From NCBI RefSeq assembly GCF_006345805.1, contig NC_043007.1, positions 75,826,001 through 75,890,000 of the forward strand: a stretch of 64,000 bases of DNA. The letters run 5' to 3'. This DNA is from Octopus sinensis. Taxonomy: Eukaryota. The notes under the pieces are model-generated. The model did not search any database. It saw nothing but the letters and a program-made list of their open reading frames with translations, and had not been told where the DNA came from. Position numbers and translations under genes: made by a program. Of this stretch, positions 46,550-58,932 are shown piece by piece. Within the stretch, counting starts at the first letter, position 1. Each line of letters starts with the position of its first letter.

Positions 46550-47956
46550 ATGGCGACTTGCGCGGGGGTCACGGGAAAAAGAAATAATGATTCGTCGATA
46601 ATCATGAAGGATGTTTTCTTTGAGAAGAGTAAACTCAAGGAATATGAAGGGCTCTTCAAAGGGGAGGGTGATAGCGTGAAGCTGATCCCCCCCGCGAAGG
46701 CAAAAGAGGACAAGGAAAACAAGACAGTGACATATGGAACCCAAGACAAAGATACGAAGAAGCTGGCAAGAGTGGAGATGGCCGAAATCGAAAGGTGTCT
46801 GGGAGACATAATGGGGAAATCAACCTACGTGAGTGGAGGCAAGAAGTTTGGTACGGTGGAGGTGAGATGTGCAACGGAAGAAATTGCAGCCTCACTGGCT
46901 ACCACTGTACTAGGAGCCGAGGAATTTATAATGTGGCCCTCATACAAGGGAAGAGGAGGGGTCCGGGTTAAAATCCCGAATATGCCCCCAGAAGTGAAAA
47001 CAGAGTGGCTGGCAGCAGCTATTCTAGGAGCGGCAGAAGAGGAGGTGGAGGTGGAATCCTTTAAGGAGTCCAACGCGGTAAACTGGAGAGGATATGGGGT
47101 GGAACTGTGTTTGATGGCCACAGGGGAGGACATTGAAAGGTTCCCCTACAGAATTGAAATTGAGGATGAAGGGGCCCTCAGTGTAATTGTAGAGGGAGGA
47201 AAACCAAACTGTTGCTTGTGCGGGACGGGGGGGCACATTAAGGAGGAGTGCCTGTTATACGAATTCGTAGCGGAGTGCGAGCGGGAACTTGAAGAAAGGA
47301 AGAATACGGTAAATGAAAGGGAAAGCATGGAAAGGGAAACAAAACAGCAAGAGAGGGGAAATAGTGGGTCAGTGAAGGAAGGAGAAATAAAGGAAGGGAG
47401 AGAAGTGGAACCAAAGCAGAGTCAGGAAGAGAAAAAGGAAAGGGAAACAACAGGAAAGAAACAAGAGAGAGATCAGAATCAAACGAAGGGAAGGGACGGC
47501 ACACAAAAGGAGGAAGAAGGGGAACATAAAACACGAGAGAGGGAGAGAACAGACAAGGAACCAAAGGGACAAGAGAAGGAGGAGGAAGGAGAGGAGGGCA
47601 AAAGGAGAGAAGGAGAGAAGCAGAGAGAGGAGAACAAGGAAGAAATGGGCCCGAAGGGAAAAGCGAGGGAGAGCGTAGGACGGAAGCAAGATTACTGCTT
47701 CTACAAGTTGGTAACCTTCCATTTCTGCCCTGAAATGAAAGACTTGACATGTAATACGGAGGGACATATATGGGTCGACGGGATGACCGATCAGTGGCGG
47801 GAGACTGCTCTAATCCCTGAAGAAAGAGTCGCTGAGTTCCTCAGAGCTGCCGGAGAGAGTGTAATATTTTACACGAGTGTTCGAGTGAGAGAGCGGCTGC
47901 CTGAGGGCTCAGTGATTGACTTTAGAGAATTGAAAGCTATTATGGAATACGTATAG
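46550..47956 (+). CDS. Intact 468-aa Tx1/L1-type ORF1-like (gag-like) protein with CCHC zinc knuckle and charged tail; no ORF2 follows
   Basis: CCLCGTGGHIKEEC (CX2CX4HX4C) preceded by an RRM-like region (VRVKIPNMPPEV). Downstream 600 bp has no APE or RT motif. Confidence 0.8.
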   Translation: MATCAGVTGKRNNDSSIIMKDVFFEKSKLKEYEGLFKGEGDSVKLIPPAKAKEDKENKTVTYGTQDKDTKKLARVEMAEIERCLGDIMGKSTYVSGGKKFGTVEVRCATEEIAASLATTVLGAEEFIMWPSYKGRGGVRVKIPNMPPEVKTEWLAAAILGAAEEEVEVESFKESNAVNWRGYGVELCLMATGEDIERFPYRIEIEDEGALSVIVEGGKPNCCLCGTGGHIKEECLLYEFVAECERELEERKNTVNERESMERETKQQERGNSGSVKEGEIKEGREVEPKQSQEEKKERETTGKKQERDQNQTKGRDGTQKEEEGEHKTRERERTDKEPKGQEKEEEGEEGKRREGEKQREENKEEMGPKGKARESVGRKQDYCFYKLVTFHFCPEMKDLTCNTEGHIWVDGMTDQWRETALIPEERVAEFLRAAGESVIFYTSVRVRERLPEGSVIDFRELKAIMEYV

Positions 47957-49001
47957 AATTGTGAGAAGAGAGAGAAGAAAGAAGAGAAAAAAAAAAAAGA
48001 AAATTTTGTGAAATATATGTGACGAAAATGTAACCTCTTGATTCCGGGGATCGAGTGGGCATTTACATCTCATTGTAAATATTCTTTCATATGTCATTTT
48101 TTACTTTTATTTTTTCCTTTTCTTGTCATTCGCTTTCTTATTTTAAGTTCCCCGATTGTACTGTCCCATCTATGTTCGCCCCTTGTGGGTAGTAATAAAA
48201 TCACATGGAGGAAAGCACCTTCGAAAAGTGTCTTGGTGCGACTATGAAAGGTATCTAATCAGAGGCAGTAAATTTGCCACAATAGAAGCAAGGTTCGAGT
48301 TAACGGAGCGTGCAAGGGAGTACTCGACTCGAACTTGAAAAGTGGAAATATTTTATTTTTACCTTTATATCTGGGACGTAGGATAAAAATTAAAAATGCC
48401 CTTCCCCCCAGAAGTAGAGGTAGGCTGGATTGTAGTCACACTTCTATACAAGAGGGAGGACAAGATACAATTGATCGAAATTACAAGAGACGGGCTAACA
48501 ATTCCAGTCTGTTATATATTTTGAGTATTGTTATCACTAGCACTATCAAGATATAACTTTGTATTTTGTATTTTATGTGTAGATGTATATATATAGATGT
48601 ACATGTAATATGTACACATATATATATACACATATATACATGCACTAGCACTATGACCCGGCAACGATGGGTCTTTAATGCTAGTATATATACATAATTT
48701 TAAATTGAATTCATTTCAATTAACTTAAAATTTTAATTGTGATTCGAATTTAATTGTAGCCATGAAACGTACATAGTTTTTTTACTTATTATATATTAAT
48801 TATTTATTTTTATACTTTTTGAGATCTAGTTATATGTTTTATAAAAATATATTTTATTTGTTATTTATGTTTTGGTTTATGTCTATCACTGTTTGAGTTG
48901 CATAATAGTGGTTTTATTTTTAATTTATATTTTATATTACATATATATATATATATATAATGCTTTTTAAACAATTTTTAATTGCACAAAGTATGAAAAT
49001 T

Positions 49002-49859
49002 CTATTCCCTTTCATTGGGTAGTTGATGAAGGCATAGTTCTTTTGTAGCATCTGCATCTGGAGGAGAAGCATTGTATTGTGGAGGTATTTCTGTTCCAGC
49101 AGTATATGATGGAGAAGCAGTGTCTTGTGGAGGCATATGTTCTTCAGTGGCATCTGGAAGAGAAGCATTGTATTGTGGAGGCATTTCTGCTCCAGCAGTA
49201 TATGATGGAGAAGCAGTGTCTTGTGGAGGCATATGTTCTTCAGTGGCATCTGGAAGAGAAGCATTGTATTGTGGAGGCATTTCTGCTCCAGCAGTATATG
49301 ATGGAGAAGCAGTGTATTGTGGAGGCATATGTTCTTCAGTGACATCTGGAAGAGAAGCATTGTATTGTGGAGGCATTTCTGCTCCAGCAGTATATGATGG
49401 AGAAGCAGTGTATTGTGGAGGCATATGTTCTTCAGTGGCATCTGGAAGAGAAGCATTGTATTGTGGAGGCATTTCTGCTCCAGCAGTATATGATGGAGAA
49501 GCAGTGTATTGTGGAGGCATATGTTCTTCAGTGACATCTGAAAGAGAAGCATTGTATTGTGGAGGCATTTCTGCTCCAGCAGTATATAATGGAGAAGCAG
49601 TGTATTGTGGAGGCATATGTTCTTCAGTGACATCTGAAAGAGAAGCATTGTATTGTGGAGGCATTTCTGCTCCCACAACATATGAAGGATAAGCAGTGTA
49701 TTCTGGAGGCTTATGTTCTTCAGTGGCGTCTGGAAGAGAAGTAGTGTATTGTGGAGGCATTTCTGAAGGATAAGCAGTGTATTCTGGAGGTCTAAGTGCT
49801 TCATTTCTATCAGTTGGCAGATGTATAATCCCTGGTCCTTGTGTTGTGACAGCATTTTT
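49002..49859 (-). CDS. Gene 2 terminal exon, 285 aa, with a 96-bp (32-aa) tandem repeat carrying 14 PPxY motifs
   Basis: tttctgcttctacag acceptor, phase 0 (KNAVTTQGPG..), TAG at 49004-49002, AATAAA at 48918-48913. Confidence 0.85.
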   Translation of the reverse strand, partial: KNAVTTQGPGIIHLPTDRNEALRPPEYTAYPSEMPPQYTTSLPDATEEHKPPEYTAYPSYVVGAEMPPQYNASLSDVTEEHMPPQYTASPLYTAGAEMPPQYNASLSDVTEEHMPPQYTASPSYTAGAEMPPQYNASLPDATEEHMPPQYTASPSYTAGAEMPPQYNASLPDVTEEHMPPQYTASPSYTAGAEMPPQYNASLPDATEEHMPPQDTASPSYTAGAEMPPQYNASLPDATEEHMPPQDTASPSYTAGTEIPPQYNASPPDADATKELCLHQLPNERE

Positions 49860-50353
49860 CTGTAGAAGCAGAAAGATAATTTTAGAAAGGTTATATTAAC
49901 ATGTAAAATGTCTTTTAAATCATATTTATTTCCTTAGCCATTTAAGAGCTAATATATGTCATGTTTTCCTGTTTACCTTAAAACATTACCATTTCTCAAT
50001 GAGTTTGTTCCAAAATTTTCATACCCCACCAAAATCATCAAAATCATCATAATACTTGAAGCAAAAAAATTCCTAGTCCTTCTGTTCCACCCCAGAGTTC
50101 TGTTTGGTCCATTCTCAGAATGGACTAAACAGCACAGGAGATATGTGTGATGGAGAGTTGCTGAAGAGATCACAGGATGTGTGATGAAAGGTTTCCAGAC
50201 AGTAAACATAAAATAAGAACAATAATAAACAAGTGTGGAATGAATTTGGTGAAAAAAGAAGAAATATGACCATCCCGAAATACAAGAATATCTGTTTCAA
50301 CACATGACTTCACGTCAGGAACCTTGCAAAACAAATACACAAACGTAAAAATA

Positions 50354-50405
<52 letters not shown>

Positions 50406-51269
50406 AAATTGAAAAAGGAAAATACGCACACTTACATAGTTTTAATATAATTTTTAATATATCGACCGGTTTCGCTATCGCTATTCATGATATTATGTTT
50501 TACTTATTTGAATATATTATATTCATCATCGTTTATCGTCCATTGTCCATGTAGGCATGGGTTGGATGGTTTGACAAGAGCTGGCAAGCTGGGGTGCTGC
50601 ACTATATTCCAGTCTGATTTGCATGGTTTCTACGACTGGATGCCTTCCTAATGCCAACCATTTTATACATGTGCTAGGCTCTTACCACTAAGCAAAAAGT
50701 AAACAAACACAGAAAAACTTCACGAAATATATGAAAAATACCTAAAATTAAATTCTAATTGATATGAGCACAGGTAATAGACAATTTATAAAGTTTGCAC
50801 AAAAATAAAAACATGTACAGAGAAACTGCATGCAGACGAGAAGACTCAGCACAGCAAGTGATATGTTGCTATGGTAACTAGTTGTTAATGCCTTGCTGTC
50901 TGTTGATTAGCTAAAATTACACAAATTTTCAACTGTAGTTCCAAGTAACATTAAATTCTTTAATTTACAAGATAAAGTAATTGATTGAGTGTAATCAAAA
51001 TTCTCAAATCCATCCATTGCCCAAATCTGAGCAAAATTAAAGGGGGCTGATTTTGTGACTCAAACTAGATCCAAAAATGTTTAAAAGTTGATATTTTTTA
51101 TTTTGTTCACTTTGAATTTAATTGTTTTTAAATGCTTCCATCCATTGCTTTATACAAGAAAAAAGAAATTGGAAAATCTGGACCAAACAGAGAAATTCTA
51201 ACTTAACAAAAAATATACAAAGAGAAAGAAATGGTTGTTTCCAAAAGCCAAAAAAACCCCTTTGCATCA

Positions 51270-52100
51270 CAAATTTCATCAACCATGATACTGAAATAGT
51301 CAGCCTTCATGGCTTCATTAATGATTTGCCTCCTGATGACTGTTGCAAGACATTCAATTGATTGATTCTGGATAACAGGAGATAAATATGTGGCATTCTT
51401 TGGTACATTTTCCAGAAAGGCTGCAAATGCAGGATTATCTTTTGCTTTTCACTTAATAAAAATGTTGAAATTACTGTCTCCTTCCTTCTTCTCATGGAAC
51501 CAGCTTCCTCTTTTTGCAAGGGAAGTGATTACATGAAGAATTCATGAAAGAGTTAATCTGTTCTTTTCGGCTCGCTGAGCATATGCCTTAGAAAAATGTT
51601 CTGTGATTGATTTCTTTTCTCCTTGGCATATCATCAAAAATTCATCAACCCTTTTCATTACTCTTTAATGGGTATCTGACTTTTCATGATGAGTTAGAGA
51701 CCCTCTTTCTTGACCACAGGCATTCTTCCAATCCTGGAATGGTTTGGTAACAAATTCCGGATTGCTCATATCTTGGGCAGCAAAGTAAACACACAATGAA
51801 CAAAAAACTGAATCCAGTGACTTAGAATACCTAAGCCATGGGAACTTTTCTTCCCATGCTGGAGAATACCTTCTGTTCTGGTGATTCTTTGGGTATGTAA
51901 ACTGCTTTGGTGTCTTCCACTTCTGCTGAAGAATGGTCTTGTGCTCATTTTCGCCCATGGATGCTCGACTAACTAGCCCAATATCAAGTTCAAGAGAATT
52001 TTGCATTACTTGCTCCTGAATTTCAAAGACCCCACTTTTTGAATGGCTTTTATTTGTAGTACTGAGATGCTAGATGTCAGAGATTCATTGTTGGCATTAC
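51270..52100 (-). pseudogene. hAT-superfamily transposase N-terminal fragment (TTF-type zinc finger, ZMYM1/DUF4371-like)
   Basis: WEEKFPWLRYSKSLDSVFCSLC..FQDWKNA..HHEKSDTH, then ATYLSPVIQNQ and YFSIMVDE. Contains stops. Confidence 0.8.
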
Positions 52101-53209
52101 TAGTTTCAGGTGTAGGACAACTGGAGGTGTCTTGACCATCAGTTCTTTGGCATGTTGATCTAAAATTAAAATCAAGTATATCAACATTTATGATTCACTG
52201 TATCACATTTTAGATGAATTTTTGCATGAAATAAATATAATAGTCTTGTATCTGGAAACAAACTGCTAATGATTTTCACATTTGATAGCCCATAAAAGCC
52301 CAGCTAATGTTTGATAAATTGGCATATTTAGTCAGTTGATAACATGGCCAAACAATAATTGATGTCCATTATGTCAACCAAAAATTCATAATAATTATAA
52401 AAGTTTGCAAGTTTTGGTAAAACTTTCTTTAATATTCTGTACACATACATCTTTAGGATCTCTTCAGTTTTGCAGATTTTTAAATTATTTGTTTTTAACT
52501 AAACAGTTTGAAACTTCGTATACTGGTGTAATTTCTCATGTTGAACACGGTTTACTTACACTATTTTTGACAAAATTTCGTATTTTAGAAGTTATTCCAT
52601 GTTAAAGTTGTCATATTTGGGTAATTTTAAACAGTCAAAGATGTGTATTCAGCTGAAGAGAGCTACTGCTGTTTGTGATTGTAATTGAAGAGCAACAACT
52701 TCTGAGTCATCTCAACTACAATACCTGACTGGTTGTGTTTTAACTGTGTGACTTTTAATTTTCAAATCCCACCAGTAGGAGTAGGAGTGGTTGTGTGATA
52801 AGTAGCTTGCTTACGAACCACATGGTTCTAGGTTCAGTCCCACTGTGTGGCACCTTGGGCGAGTGTCTTCTACTATAGCCTCGGGCTGACCAAAGCCTTG
52901 TGAGTGGATTTGGTAGACGGAAACTGAAAGAAGCTCGTCGTATATATGTATATATATATATATGTATGTATGTGTGTGTATATGTTTGTGTGTCTGTGTT
53001 TGTCCCCCCAACATCGCTTGACAACTGATGATAGTGTGTTTACGTCCCTGTAACTTAGCGGTTCAGCAAAAGAGACCGATAGAATAAGTACTAGGCTTAC
53101 AAAGAATAAGTCCTGGGGTCGATTTGCTCGACTAAAGGCAGTGCTCCAGCATGGCCACAGTCACATGACTGAAACAAATAAAAAGAGTAAAAAGAGTAAA
53201 GAGAGTATT

Positions 53210-55200
53210 CTTCTGAACTATCAGTCTCAATATAGTCAACTTAGTTTGTAGGTATTCTGTTTTTTGTTATCCTGCTCCAGACCATTATGACCACTATATC
53301 ATGCCCCATGGGAAGATAATATCTAGAAGACATTCTCTCACAGTTGGCAATAATGTAGTTGATATCTTCAGTCTCGGGGTTACACAACCTACATTTGTTG
53401 AGCATCAATGTTTTCTGCCTTCTATGTTGTAGGTACTTGATGGGAATCTCTGTTCTTGGATTGCATGGGTGTAGCCTTCAAAGTGGGATATCATAAACTT
53501 ATTGGTACTTGCTAGCATAGCTTATGGGAGCGGTAGGGGTGGTCTGCCCCAGGCAGCACTTTCAAAGTTGTGGTACTTTTAGTCTGCTGTAGGCAATATG
53601 TGCTTTTTGTGGGGTCCGGGGGTGGCAAACAGAAGAACTGCCCCAGGTGGCACACATTCTAGCTACACTAGTGCTGGTACTCTATACCAAGCTGTTGACA
53701 TGATTGATCTCTTCTATGACTATTGTTTTATGTCCCAAGTACCCATGTACTATCTTCTCAGTGAACTAGTTCATTTTTCCTTCTGCTCTGATAAATAGAT
53801 CTTACCAATGTTCCTTGGGTAGAAAACTGTCTTTAGGTATACTAATTATGTTATTGTGGAGGCGCAATGGCCCAGTGGTTAAGGCAGCGGACTTGTGGTC
53901 GGAGGATTGCAGTTTCGATTCCCAGACCGGGTGTTGTGTGTGTTTATTGAGTGAAAATGCCTAAAAGCTCCACGAGGCTCTGGCAGTGAGTGGTGGTGAC
54001 CCTGTTGTACTCTTTCACCACAACTTTCTCTCTCTCTCTCTTCCTGTTTTTTGAGTAACACTGCAATGGACTGGCAATCCGTCCAGCTGGGGGGAACACA
54101 TGTGCCATAGAAACCGGGCCCATGAGCCTGGCTAGGCTTGAAAAGGGTGAAAAAAAAATTATGTTATTAGTTTCATGGTCACCAACTTGGGCAAGATAGT
54201 TATTGACCTCTTTCCTCTGCTGCCAATGTTGCTTCAGCATCACAATCTGTGCTTCATATGACATCAATACAGATTTTAGACCACAGCCACATTCCTTTTA
54301 TGGGAAGTATAGACTGTTTACATCTCAACTGATGCTGAGCAGTTTGTGAATTCTAATATCTATCTCATTGAGTTCTTGTAGTGACCAGTTCAGAAGGTCA
54401 AATCTAGGTGTAAGGCTAGGCACTGCAAAGGTGTTGTGGGCAATATGTTTTTTGTAAGATGGAAATTCTGATGACCATATTCTCTTTACTCTCTTGAGGT
54501 AGTCATTTCTGATTCTCCCCTTATTTACGGGTCCTGCATATCTAACTGACATTCTCATCTTGTCCAAGATACCTATAATTGTCATCTGACTGTGAAGGTT
54601 GTATTGTTAAGCCATTCATTTTAGGCTTTCAGAGGAGGGCATAACTTTTCTATGTTTTACTGTCAAAAAACCCCATCTAAACTCACCAAATTTCATCCCA
54701 ATGTTTGTAGGAAATTGAGTTATAAGGTCCAATTGCTTTTGTTATGTGGCTTATATTTGGCCCATACAGTTTCAGTTGTTGACAAAGGAAAGATGAGAAA
54801 TTCTTCTGGATCCATTTCTCTGGTCACTATATTATGAAACGACAAAGAAAACCCAACAGATGATTTTTTTTGGTAATGGGTGCTATCTAATTCAATCTGT
54901 TGCTTGTCACTCCTCAGGAGCAAAGTGGTATACCCAGTCTTGGTCAGGCATTCAATAGCACTCACAAATGGTTGTGTAATTTTGGTTGGCTCTAAAACCT
55001 TGATAATCCACCCATTTGTTTACTATTCAAAGCCTTCTGATTGTCCAGCCACGCTACCACTAAGTTCCTGTGATTTTTTTTCTGTTTTTTTCTTTTCTGG
55101 GAGCATTTTGTTAATTAGGAGCTGTCGTATACAACCCCACACATTATTCTTCCCTCCAGCTTGCTCAGGTATTGTAATGCTGTTGGTCATTCAATGACCC
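53210..55200 (-). mobile_element. Degenerate R4/Dong-type non-LTR retrotransposon fragments, split by a SINE and a small insert
   Basis: YLKRVKRIWSSE..KHIAHNTFAVPSL..LLNWSLQELNEIDIRIHKLL, and an AIQEQ-like C-terminal remnant near 53450. Confidence 0.65.
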
Positions 55201-55539
55201 TGCAAAAACAGATTGTATGTATATATTTATGTCATTATTCATATTTTTTTTCAAGATTTCTTGCTGATAGAGAAAGAGTCAGTTTCTATCCTAGATCCAA
55301 GACTCTTTCAGTGGAATTTCAGTAACATCATGTATGTATGTATGTATGTATGTATGTATGTATGTATGTATGTATGTATGTATGTATGTATGTATGTATG
55401 TATGTATGTATGTGTGCATGCATGTGTATGTTTGTATATATGTATGTATGTATGTATGTATGTGTGTATGTGTGTATGTATGTATGTATGTATGTATGTA
55501 GGTAGGTAGGAAGGTAGGTAGGTAGGCAGGCAGGCAGGC

Positions 55540-56050
55540 CAATCAATTGCTATGTTCAAGAAGTTGGCTTCTCTTAAGCAGTGTTCTACAGAGATTTGGA
55601 AACCTAGGTTGTTGAAGAAGCTATGAAGACTCTTAGAATTCATCTGTGAGTTGACAGTTGTTATTGTTGATAGCAAGGAACTATAAATCACCTTTAGAAC
55701 CTTGGAAGGTATCTTTCATGATATGCAAGAGGTATAGTCACTGATCTCTGCTGAATCGATTGCACACATGCTGATATCAAAATGTGTAGGGGAGTTTTTA
55801 TTGGACCAAAGGGTATCTTTATGTCTGACAAAAAGTTTGTCAAGCAAAAAAGAGCTTCTGTATTTCTTCATCTGAAGTCACAGGTATGGTTTATTCAAAG
55901 TTTATGGCTTTTATGAATAGCTGTTTTCTTATAGACAGGTAATAATTCAAGCAGTAGAAACTCTGTGGGGATAAGTTCAGAAGGTCAAAATTACTCAAAT
56001 ATATTTGCCACTCAAATCTTAAATAACCTTCAAGTAAAGTTTTATTAAAA
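55540..56050 (-). mobile_element. PLE RT fragment
   Basis: KAINF..SDEEI..HFDISM..DSAEIS..FNNLGFQISVE..ANFLNI, resembling 16168-16629. Confidence 0.6.
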
Positions 56051-56467
56051 AAGGTCCACTTTTTTTTAACAGATATCAGATAAACAGACAAACGTTTGTG
56101 TTAACTTAATGATGTTTGACGAATCTCATTATCTCTACACTTGCTTTCTTCTCTTAGCTAACATCTTACTACCTTCACTACTTTATCTCTTGATATTTAA
56201 CCACAAACATTGCTTTATCTATTTTTTTATCTTATCCTGTATTACTCATTTCCTATTGATTTTCATTTATTTTCCTTTCTAAGGGAACATTTTGCAGTTT
56301 ATAAGCTGAAGTAACTCCAAGTCATGTAACTCAATCTCTTGCAGTCTAAACAAGAACAATGTCATATATATGGTATCTTCAAATCTAAGATGACATAAAT
56401 GGTGCGACATTTGATGTGTCTTGCAATACAACAAACAATTATCAAATAAATAAAACACTGCACTTAC

Positions 56468-56560
56468 CTCTATTCCTGAACAGCGATAACAAAAATATAA
56501 AGAAGCAATTGCAAAAGTTAAATTCAGAAACAGTGAAAAAATTCCAACATAATGTATTGG
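56468..56560 (-). CDS. Gene 2 exon, TM4 (PIHYVGIFSLFLNLTFAIASLYFCYRCSGIE)
   Basis: tttcttttcttttgcag acceptor and GAG|gtaagt donor; 93 bp, phase 0-0. Flanks are collinear with those of 5892-6011. Confidence 0.85.
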
Positions 56561-58277
56561 CTGCAAAAGAAAAGAAACATTTGAAAGAGAAAGAAAGTGA
56601 TAGAAATAACATTGCCAAAAAGAAGTATTATTCATACTTTTCGAGTAGTCATCATCGTCATCATCATCATTTAGCATCCGCTTTCCATGCTAGCATGGGT
56701 TGGACGGTTCAACTGGGGTCTGGGAAACCAGATGGCTGCACCAGGCCCAGTCTGATCTGGCAATGTTTCTACGGCTGGATGCCCTTCTTATGCCAACCAC
56801 TCTGTGAGTGTAGTGGGTGCTTTTTACGTGCCAGATGGGGCTGGCAAATGGCCACGGTCGGATGGTGCTTTTTAAAGCTGATGTTTTACTTTTAAAGATT
56901 TCTGTGTAGTGTTAAAATAGCTTTAATGCAGTCTTTTACTGTTTTACTAGTTTCAGTAATTTGAATGTGGCATTGCTGGGGTACCACCTTCTAAGATATA
57001 GCCGATTATATTAACCTAAATTAATTTTACTGATTCTAATTTCATCAGCCTCAGATGGATGAAAAATAAAGTTGCTGACCGAAGGAAGGATTTGAACTCA
57101 GAACCTAAAAGAATATAACCAATTTACCACAACCTGTTCTGTAAGACATTTTACCATTTCTACACCCAGCAACTTGTACATTAATTTATATGAATATCAC
57201 TGTATTTTTCAGGAAATAAAATTTCTATAGAAATTACTATAGAGAAGTTAATAAAATGCATACACATAATTCTAACTGTAGGATTTCTATTAGAGAAACT
57301 ATTGAAAAAATGAAGAAATAATATCCAATTATTAATGATTCAATTATTGTTCTGCAGCATCAAATGATTATCTATTCTGACTATTTCAGCCAAACAATAA
57401 CACCATAATTCCAAATATCTAAATTTAATTTTTAAAGTATCCACATTGTCTTTTATGTTAGTTAATGTTAATGCTAATTGGTGTTTGATGAATTTTGTAA
57501 TTTAGTTTTTATTTTGTAAAACAGAATTTTGAATTATTTAGTGTCTGTCCAACAACAGATACTATGAATAAATGGTTTGTTTCTTCACTCCCAGCCTGAG
57601 CACAAGTACAAAGCACCTGATGATAATCACGAAGGAAACCATCCCTCAAAATTTAACTGAATTAAAGAAGATACAAAAAGTTTTTACGAAAACCAAAAAT
57701 TAGTTTAACAATCTATAAATGTTTTCCATCAATAAAAGTCAATAATTTAAAATAATTTCATACAATCACAACTTTGATTAATAATTTCTGATCTAGATAT
57801 TTTTAATCTGTACATTAATTGTTCATCACAGTTATAAATTTATTATCATGTTTATTATAGTTGTGAGTACTGTAAGTTCCAAAGGAATTGATTTCAGAAC
57901 TTGTTTCCAATTTCTTGGAGAAATCCTTCCACATGTTTGTAATGCTCTTCAAGAAAGGGCATGATTCCCAGTCTCTACCACCATCCTTGCAAAAGTAGTA
58001 TTTCATGTCAACATAGATATTCTGGACTACCTCATTTTCTCTTTGTTCTCAAAAACCAAAAATTGTAGGTTTGTCTCAAAGACCACATAGAACTACTGTT
58101 TTAACTATGTAACCTGTGCCGGTGGCACGTAAAAAGCATCCGCTACACTCATGGAGTGGTTGGCATTAGGAAGGGCATCCAGCTGTAGAAACACTGCCAG
58201 ATCAGTCTGGGTCTGGCGCAGCCTTCTGACTTCCCAGACCCCAATTGAACCGTCCAACCCATGCTAGCATGGAAAAC

Positions 58278-58315
<38 letters not shown>

Positions 58316-58545
58316 CCATTTTTACTTGTTAAAAATGATATGTGCAAAATAGCTTCATCAAAGAAAAGCTGCTTTTCCAAAACACAAATTTATTTAGTAG
58401 AAAAAGTCAATTATTCACATGCTTTCAATTTAAGCTGACAGTAAGCAGTTTTTGTTCTGATTTTTTATATCATAAAAATAAAAGAGTTAATTTTCATTGT
58501 TAAAGGAAAGTATCAACAAAATGATTCAGGTAAGAATATACTTAC

Positions 58546-58626
58546 TTCCTTACAAATAAATAGAAGGGTTACAAAACATGCAGCCATAATTCCTAACAAA
58601 ATATTGGAAACAAGATAGATTTTTCT
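58546..58626 (-). CDS. Gene 2 exon, TM3 (RKIYLVSNILLGIMAACFVTLLFICKE)
   Basis: Poly-T plus cag acceptor and GAA|gtaagt donor; 81 bp, phase 0-0. Parallels KITYMILSIL of gene 1. Confidence 0.85.
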
Positions 58627-58799
58627 CTGAAAAAAAAAAAAAAAAAAATGAAAGCATTTTATTTATCTTTCCTTCTACATATATATATATTTGTGTGTGT
58701 GTGTGTGTGTGTGTGCATGTGTGTGTGTGCATAAGTGTATGTGTGTATGTAAATGTAAATTTGCATGAACACACACACATAAACATATAAGTATATATA

Positions 58800-58862
<63 letters not shown>

Positions 58863-58896
58863 TTATATATACATCTATGCATAACATACACACACA

Positions 58897-58932
<36 letters not shown>

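Noticed and set aside
48932-49855. Alternative frames over the 96-bp repeat (MLSQHK.. 307 aa minus; MYCGG.. 206 aa plus)
   Set aside because: Open only because the repeat lacks stops. The PPxY frame is the one in phase with the acceptor and upstream exon.
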